Source of the DNA: a virus
Taxonomy: Duplodnaviria > Heunggongvirae > Uroviricota > Caudoviricetes
Length of the DNA: 4,907 nucleotides
Virus record (IMG/VR): IMGVR_UViG_2695420585_000010
Direction: 5' to 3' (one strand)
Every line of letters starts with the position of its first letter. The stretch's first letter is position 1. The translations under genes were made by a program, and so were the position numbers. The notes beneath the pieces were generated by a model that was given only the letters and a program-made list of their open reading frames with translations, was not told the origin of the DNA and did not search any database. Positions 1-4,907 of this stretch are shown here, in pieces.

Positions 1-392
1 TGGGGACTCTCCCTGCCGTCACTGCGTCGTCGCCTGTTCCGCTGTGTCTCCATCCGGGAAAACACGGACGGCACCTTTGCCATCACGGCGGTGCAGCACG
101 TACCGGAAAAAGAAGCCATTGTGGATAACGGGGCCAGCTTTGAGCCGCAGTCAGGCACCCTGAACAGCGTTATTCCACCGGCTGTGCAGCACCTGACGGT
201 GGAGGTGAGCGCGGCTGACGGTCAGTATCTGGCACAGGCGAAATGGGACACGCCGCGGGTGGTGAAGGGTGTGCGCTTCAGTCTGCGCCTGACCAACGGA
301 AGCGGAGAAGACAGCCGTCTGGTGACCACCGCCATCACTGCGGATACAGAGCATCGTTTCAGTGGTCTGCCTCTCGGGGAATACACCCTGAC
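1..392 (+). CDS. J: Partial internal fragment of lambdoid tail-tip host-specificity protein J (allele B copy), open at both ends; probably a redundant assembly fragment
   Basis: Frame starting at nt 1 is open throughout ([26 protein letters not shown]...GLPLGEYTL). By eye it is identical to 1701-2003 over their overlap and near-identical to 573-964 and 2845-3236. It ends abruptly at the N at 393, after which the sequence jumps to a more upstream part of J in a different frame. Confidence 0.6.
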
Positions 393-393
393 N
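393..393. other. Single ambiguous base (N) at a discontinuity between two J fragments
   Basis: Sequence left of 393 corresponds to 573-964; sequence right of it (394-572) is J sequence lying upstream of that block. Reading frame changes across the N. Confidence 0.8.
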
Positions 394-1699
394 ATGCCGC
401 CAGCCGCACCCTGACACTGGACCGTGAGGTGACCCTGCCGGAGACAGGTGCCGCCACGGTGAACCTGATTAACGGCAGCGGTAAGCCGGTGAGCGTGGCC
501 ATCACTGCACACCCCGCGCCGGACCGGATACAGGTCAGCACCCTGCCTGATGGTGTGGAGACATACGGTGTGTGGGGACTCTCCCTGCCGTCACTGCGTC
601 GTCGCCTGTTCCGCTGTGTCTCCATCCGGGAAAACACGGACGGCACCTTTGCCATCACGGCGGTGCAGCACGTACCGGAAAAAGAAGCCATCGTGGATAA
701 CGGGGCCAGCTTTGAGCCGCAGTCAGGCACCCTGAACAGCGTTATTCCACCGGCAGTGCAGCACCTGACGGTGGAGGTGAGCGCGGCTGACGGTCAGTAT
801 CTGGCACAGGCGAAATGGGACACGCCGCGGGTGGTGAAGGGTGTGCGCTTCAGTCTGCGCCTGACCAACGGAAGCGGAGAAGACAGCCGTCTGGTGACCA
901 CCGCCATCACTGCGGATACAGAGCATCGTTTCAGTGGTCTGCCGCTCGGGGAATACACCCTGACAGTCAGGGCAATTAACAGTTATGGCCAGCAGGGCGA
1001 ACCGGCCACCACCACGTTCAGGATTAATGCACCTGCGGTACCCGCCACGATTGAGCTGACACCGGGCTATTTTCAGATAACAGCGGTCCCGCGTCTTGCG
1101 GTGTATGACCCGACGGTACAGTTTGAATTCTGGTTTTCGGAGGCAAAAATCGCAGACACCGCACAGGTGGAAACCGCTGCCCGTTATCTGGGGACCGGCA
1201 GCCAGTGGAGCGTCTCCGGCAGCCGGATTAAGCCGGGGACGGATTTCTGGTTTTACGTGCGCAGCGTCAACCTGGTGGGGAAATCTGCTTTTGTGGAAGC
1301 CAGTGGCCGGGCCAGCAATGATGCAGAAGGGTATCTGGGGCTGTTTCGGGAAAAAATAGGAAAACTGCATCTGGCTCAGGGGCTGTGGGAGCTGATAGAC
1401 AACAGCCAGCTTGCGGATGAGATGGCGGAGATGAAGACCACCATCACCGAAACCCGCAATGAAATCACACAGACGGTCAGTAAAACGCTGGAAGACCAGA
1501 GCGCCACCATTCAGCAGATACAGCGCGTGCAGAAGGACACAAATGATGACCTGGCTGCGCTGTACATGCTGAAGGTTCAAAAAACGAAAGACGGCATTCC
1601 CTATGTGGCCGGGATTGGTGCAGGGATTGAGGATACTGATGGCCAGCCACTGAGCAACATACTGCTGCTGGCTGACCGTATCGCGATGATAAATCCGGA
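394..1699 (+). CDS. J: Partial fragment of host-specificity protein J (allele A), open at both ends
   Basis: Continuous open frame with first full codon at 396 ([62 protein letters not shown]... to ...[12 protein letters not shown]). 550-1699 equals 2822-3971 except for one difference noted by eye (868 A vs 3140 G). Contains two FN3-like segments and a helical segment. Confidence 0.65.
662..1699 (+). repeat. Copy 1 of a ~1038-bp block of J shared by all three long fragments
   Basis: Direct comparison: 662-1699 aligns with 1701-2738 (offset 1039) and with 2934-3971 (offset 2272), with scattered substitutions against the middle copy. Confidence 0.85.
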
Positions 1700-1700
1700 N
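1700..1700. other. Single ambiguous base (N) at a discontinuity between two J fragments
   Basis: Left of 1700 the sequence ends in ...ataaatccgga; right of it restarts at ggtgcagcacgtaccgg, which matches 662 onward. This is a backward jump of about 1 kb with a frame change. Confidence 0.8.
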
Positions 1701-2738
1701 GGTGCAGCACGTACCGGAAAAAGAAGCCATTGTGGATAACGGGGCCAGCTTTGAGCCGCAGTCAGGCACCCTGAACAGCGTTATTCCACCGGCTGTGCAG
1801 CACCTGACGGTGGAGGTGAGCGCGGCTGACGGTCAGTATCTGGCACAGGCGAAATGGGACACGCCGCGGGTGGTGAAGGGTGTGCGCTTCAGTCTGCGCC
1901 TGACCAACGGAAGCGGAGAAGACAGCCGTCTGGTGACCACCGCCATCACTGCGGATACAGAGCATCGTTTCAGTGGTCTGCCTCTCGGGGAATACACCCT
2001 GACGGTCAGGGCGATTAACAGCTATGGCCAGCAGGGCGAACCGGCCACCACCACGTTCAGGATTAATGCACCTGCGGTACCCGCCACGATTGAGCTGACA
2101 CCGGGCTATTTTCAGATAACAGCGGTCCCGCGTCTTGCGGTGTATGACCCGACGGTACAGTTTGAGTTCTGGTTTTCGGAGACAAAAATCGCAGACATAT
2201 CTCAGGTGGAAACCTCTGCCCGTTATCTGGGGACCGGCAGTCAGTGGAGTGTATCCGGCCCGCACATTAAGCCCGGGAAGGATTTCTGGTTTTACGTGCG
2301 CAGCGTCAACCTGGTGGGCAAGTCTGCGTTTGTGGAAGCCAGTGGCCGGGCCAGCAATGATGCAGAAGGGTATCTGGGGCTGTTTCGGGAAAAAATAGGA
2401 AAACTGCATCTGGCTCAGGGGCTGTGGGAGCTGATAGACAACAGCCAGCTTGCGGATGAGATGGCGGAGATGAAGACCACCATCACCGAAACCCGCAATG
2501 AAATCACACAGACGGTCAGTAAAACGCTGGAAGACCAGAGCGCCACCATTCAGCAGATACAGCGCGTGCAGAAGGACACAAATGATGACCTGGCTGCGCT
2601 GTACATGCTGAAGGTTCAAAAAACGAAAGACGGCATTCCCTATGTGGCCGGGATTGGTGCAGGGATTGAGGATACTGATGGCCAGCCACTGAGCAACATA
2701 CTGCTGCTGGCTGACCGTATCGCGATGATAAATCCGGA
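1701..2738 (+). repeat. Copy 2 of the shared ~1038-bp J block (variant allele)
   Basis: Aligns base-for-base in register with 662-1699 and 2934-3971; carries the allele-B substitutions. Confidence 0.85.
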
Positions 2739-2810
2739 GAACGGCAACAGCACGCCGTTATTTGTGGCGCAGGGGAATCAGCTGTTCATGAACGACGTGT
2801 TCCTGAAGCG
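1701..2810 (+). CDS. J: Partial fragment of host-specificity protein J (allele B), open at both ends
   Basis: Open frame with codons starting at 1702 ([22 protein letters not shown]... to ...[11 protein letters not shown]). Differs from the 394-1699 and 2822-4644 copies by mostly synonymous substitutions plus a cluster of replacements at 2182-2280. The GTG at 1702 used by the ORF track is not a credible start, because it sits immediately after an N junction inside J-homologous sequence. Confidence 0.65.
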
Positions 2811-2821
2811 NNNNNNNNNNN
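2811..2821. other. Run of 11 N: scaffold gap or junction between J fragments
   Basis: Left flank ends ...gtgttcctgaagcg (equivalent to 4034-4043); right flank restarts at atggtgtggagacatacgg (equivalent to 550 onward). This is a backward jump of about 1.2 kb, not a simple unsequenced gap. The frame happens to be preserved, which creates the artefactual 980-aa ORF. Confidence 0.85.
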
Positions 2822-4644
2822 ATGGTGTGGAGACATACGGTGTGTGGGGACTCTCCCTGCCGTCACTGCGTCGTCGCCTGTTCCGCTGTGTCTCCATCCG
2901 GGAAAACACGGACGGCACCTTTGCCATCACGGCGGTGCAGCACGTACCGGAAAAAGAAGCCATCGTGGATAACGGGGCCAGCTTTGAGCCGCAGTCAGGC
3001 ACCCTGAACAGCGTTATTCCACCGGCAGTGCAGCACCTGACGGTGGAGGTGAGCGCGGCTGACGGTCAGTATCTGGCACAGGCGAAATGGGACACGCCGC
3101 GGGTGGTGAAGGGTGTGCGCTTCAGTCTGCGCCTGACCAGCGGAAGCGGAGAAGACAGCCGTCTGGTGACCACCGCCATCACTGCGGATACAGAGCATCG
3201 TTTCAGTGGTCTGCCGCTCGGGGAATACACCCTGACAGTCAGGGCAATTAACAGTTATGGCCAGCAGGGCGAACCGGCCACCACCACGTTCAGGATTAAT
3301 GCACCTGCGGTACCCGCCACGATTGAGCTGACACCGGGCTATTTTCAGATAACAGCGGTCCCGCGTCTTGCGGTGTATGACCCGACGGTACAGTTTGAAT
3401 TCTGGTTTTCGGAGGCAAAAATCGCAGACACCGCACAGGTGGAAACCGCTGCCCGTTATCTGGGGACCGGCAGCCAGTGGAGCGTCTCCGGCAGCCGGAT
3501 TAAGCCGGGGACGGATTTCTGGTTTTACGTGCGCAGCGTCAACCTGGTGGGGAAATCTGCTTTTGTGGAAGCCAGTGGCCGGGCCAGCAATGATGCAGAA
3601 GGGTATCTGGGGCTGTTTCGGGAAAAAATAGGAAAACTGCATCTGGCTCAGGGGCTGTGGGAGCTGATAGACAACAGCCAGCTTGCGGATGAGATGGCGG
3701 AGATGAAGACCACCATCACCGAAACCCGCAATGAAATCACACAGACGGTCAGTAAAACGCTGGAAGACCAGAGCGCCACCATTCAGCAGATACAGCGCGT
3801 GCAGAAGGACACAAATGATGACCTGGCTGCGCTGTACATGCTGAAGGTTCAAAAAACGAAAGACGGCATTCCCTATGTGGCCGGGATTGGTGCAGGGATT
3901 GAGGATACTGATGGCCAGCCACTGAGCAACATACTGCTGCTGGCTGACCGTATCGCGATGATAAATCCGGAGAACGGCAACAGCACGCCGTTATTTGTGG
4001 CGCAGGGGAATCAGCTGTTCATGAACGACGTGTTCCTGAAGCGGCTGTTTGCGGTGAGTATCACCTCGTCCGGCAATCCCCCGACGTTTTCCCTGACGCC
4101 GGAGGGCAGGCTGACCGCAAGAAATGCTGATATCAGCGGTAACGTGAATGCGAATTCCGGGACGCTCAACAACGTCACGATTAACGAGAACTGTCGGGTT
4201 CTGGGAAAACTGTCCGCGAACCAGATTGAAGGCGATCTCGTTAAAACAGTGGGCAAAGCTTTCCCCCGGGATTCCCGTGCACCGGAGCGGTGGCCATCAG
4301 GGACCATTACCGTCAGGGTTTATGACGATCAGCCGTTTGACCGGCAAATTGTTATTCCGGCGGTGGCATTCAGCGGCGCTAAACATGAGAGAGAGCATAC
4401 TGATATTTACTCCTCATGCCGTCTGATAGTGCGGAAAAACGGTGCTGAAATTTATAACCGTACCGCGCTGGATAATACGCTGATTTACAGTGGCGTTATT
4501 GATATGCCTGCCGGTCACGGTCACATGACGCTGGAGTTTTCGGTGTCAGCATGGCTGGTAAATAACTGGTATCCCACAGCAAGTATCAGCGATTTGCTGG
4601 TTGTGGTGATGAAGAAAGCCACCGCAGGCATCAGTATCAGCTGA
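2822..4644 (+). CDS. J: 3' portion of tail-tip host-specificity protein J (central tail fibre), about 607 codons with native stop; true start lies upstream of the window
   Basis: Long open frame (codons from 2824) ending at TGA 4642-4644 (...[14 protein letters not shown]). Contains two FN3-like segments (about 3019-3590, e.g. [18 protein letters not shown] and [16 protein letters not shown]), a Pro/Gly-poor helical segment (about 3643-3865) and a C-terminal domain. Sits immediately upstream of lom, as in phage lambda. This is the only copy that continues colinearly to the gene end. Confidence 0.85.
2934..3971 (+). repeat. Copy 3 of the shared ~1038-bp J block (within the colinear J 3' portion)
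   Basis: Aligns in register with 662-1699 (one difference noted by eye) and with 1701-2738 (allele-B differences). Confidence 0.85.
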
Positions 4645-4662
4645 ATTTTATAACCCATATAC

Positions 4663-4690
4663 GGGCGCCAGAAATGGCGCCTTTTTTATT
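4663..4690 (+). terminator. Rho-independent (intrinsic) terminator downstream of J
   Basis: Perfect GC-rich stem GGCGCC (4664-4669) pairing with GGCGCC (4676-4681), 6-nt loop AGAAAT, followed directly by TTTTTT (4682-4687). Located 19 nt after the J stop codon. Confidence 0.7.
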
Positions 4691-4700
4691 GCAGAAAAGC

Positions 4701-4706
4701 GAGAGG
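4701..4706 (+). promoter_or_regulatory. Shine-Dalgarno sequence for lom
   Basis: GAGAGG with a 5-nt spacer before the ATG at 4712. Confidence 0.6.
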
Positions 4707-4711
4707 TAATT

Positions 4712-4907
4712 ATGCGTAGACTTTATGCCGCCATTTTGTCCGCAGCCATTTGTCTGGCCGTATCCGGTGCGCCTGCATGGGCGTCTGAACATCAGTCCAC
4801 GCTGAGCGCGGGGTATCTTCATGTCTCGACGAACGTTCCTGGCAGCGATAATCTTAACGGGATTAACGTGAAATACCGTTATGAATTCACGGACACGCTG
4901 GGGCTGG
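4712..4907 (+). CDS. lom: Outer membrane protein Lom (Ail/Lom/PagC family beta-barrel), 5' portion; continues past the window end
   Basis: ATG at 4712 with a good RBS; translation MRRLYAAILSAAICLAVSGAPAWASEHQSTLSAGYLHVSTNVPGSDNLNGINVKYRYEFTDTLGL. This has a typical signal peptide (predicted cleavage after AWA) and closely resembles my recollection of the lambda Lom N-terminus. Position immediately downstream of J matches lambda. Not in the ORF track because no stop codon falls in the window. Confidence 0.9.
   Translation, partial: MRRLYAAILSAAICLAVSGAPAWASEHQSTLSAGYLHVSTNVPGSDNLNGINVKYRYEFTDTLGL

Noticed and set aside
1096-1359. Repeated 87-aa plus-strand ORF (1096..1359, 2135..2398, 3368..3631), plus 550..735 and 2822..3007
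   Set aside because: Out-of-frame ORFs embedded inside J. They appear three times only because the host sequence is triplicated, and show no independent coding signal.
243-1739. 498-aa ORF starting at ATG 243
   Set aside because: Its first ~50 codons are out of frame relative to J in fragment 1-392, and it becomes the J frame only after the N at 393. Its stop at 1737-1739 is created by the junction at 1700. It is a chimeric artefact.
723-1769. Long minus-strand ORFs (723..1769 348 aa; also 1762..2619 and 2995..3852, 285 aa each; 151..417, 222..512, 359..730, 2778..3002)
   Set aside because: They are antisense to the continuous J reading frame and recur only because the J sequence is repeated. 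They have no RBS or start context, and their translations are Arg/Cys/His-rich low-complexity products typical of spurious ORFs opposite GC-rich coding sequence.
1-4043. Diversity-generating retroelement (template and variable repeats) or a CRISPR-like array as the explanation for the repeats
   Set aside because: Repeat units are about 1 kb of coding sequence, not short repeats with spacers. The differences between copies are of mixed substitution types, not adenine-specific, and no reverse transcriptase or cas gene is present in the window.
1702-4644. 980-aa ORF 1702..4644 as a single giant protein with internally duplicated domains
   Set aside because: It reads through the 11-N run at 2811-2821 (XXXXX in the translation) and starts at a GTG immediately after another N junction. 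Only 2822-4644 is supported as colinear J sequence.
4590-4660. Possible sigma70 promoter for lom inside the 3' end of J (TATAAC-like hexamer near 4649-4654, TTGCTG near 4594-4599)
   Set aside because: The candidate -35 and -10 elements are not at a workable spacing (about 50 nt apart) and no good -35 sits 17 nt upstream of the -10-like hexamer. The terminator would also lie downstream of such a promoter. Too weak to call.
4637-4822. 61-aa minus-strand ORF overlapping the lom start
   Set aside because: It is antisense to the well-supported lom signal-peptide region and the terminator, has no RBS, and gives a low-complexity translation.

Overview
This window is the distal end of a lambda-like (lambdoid) phage or prophage tail gene cluster on the + strand: the C-terminal part of the tail-tip host-specificity protein J, an intrinsic terminator, and the 5' end of lom (Ail/Lom/PagC-family outer membrane protein). 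The gene order J then lom matches phage lambda. The first ~4 kb is not colinear: it is made of four overlapping, near-identical pieces of the same J region (1-392, 394-1699, 1701-2810, 2822-4644), joined at N characters (393, 1700, 2811-2821), with three different breakpoints. At least two alleles are present, differing mainly in a short patch of amino-acid replacements in an FN3-like domain. The most parsimonious reading is an assembly or scaffolding concatenation of paralogous prophage J genes, not a real tandem array. Unique sequence content is only about 2.2 kb. The 980-aa ORF 1702..4644 in the supplied track is a chimeric read-through across an N run and should not be taken as a real protein. 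I see no rRNA, tRNA, CRISPR array, transposon ends, or credible evidence for a new defence or other system; the antisense ORFs are mirror artefacts of the repeated J sequence. Protein identities rest on recalled similarity to lambda J and Lom and on gene order, not on a database search.
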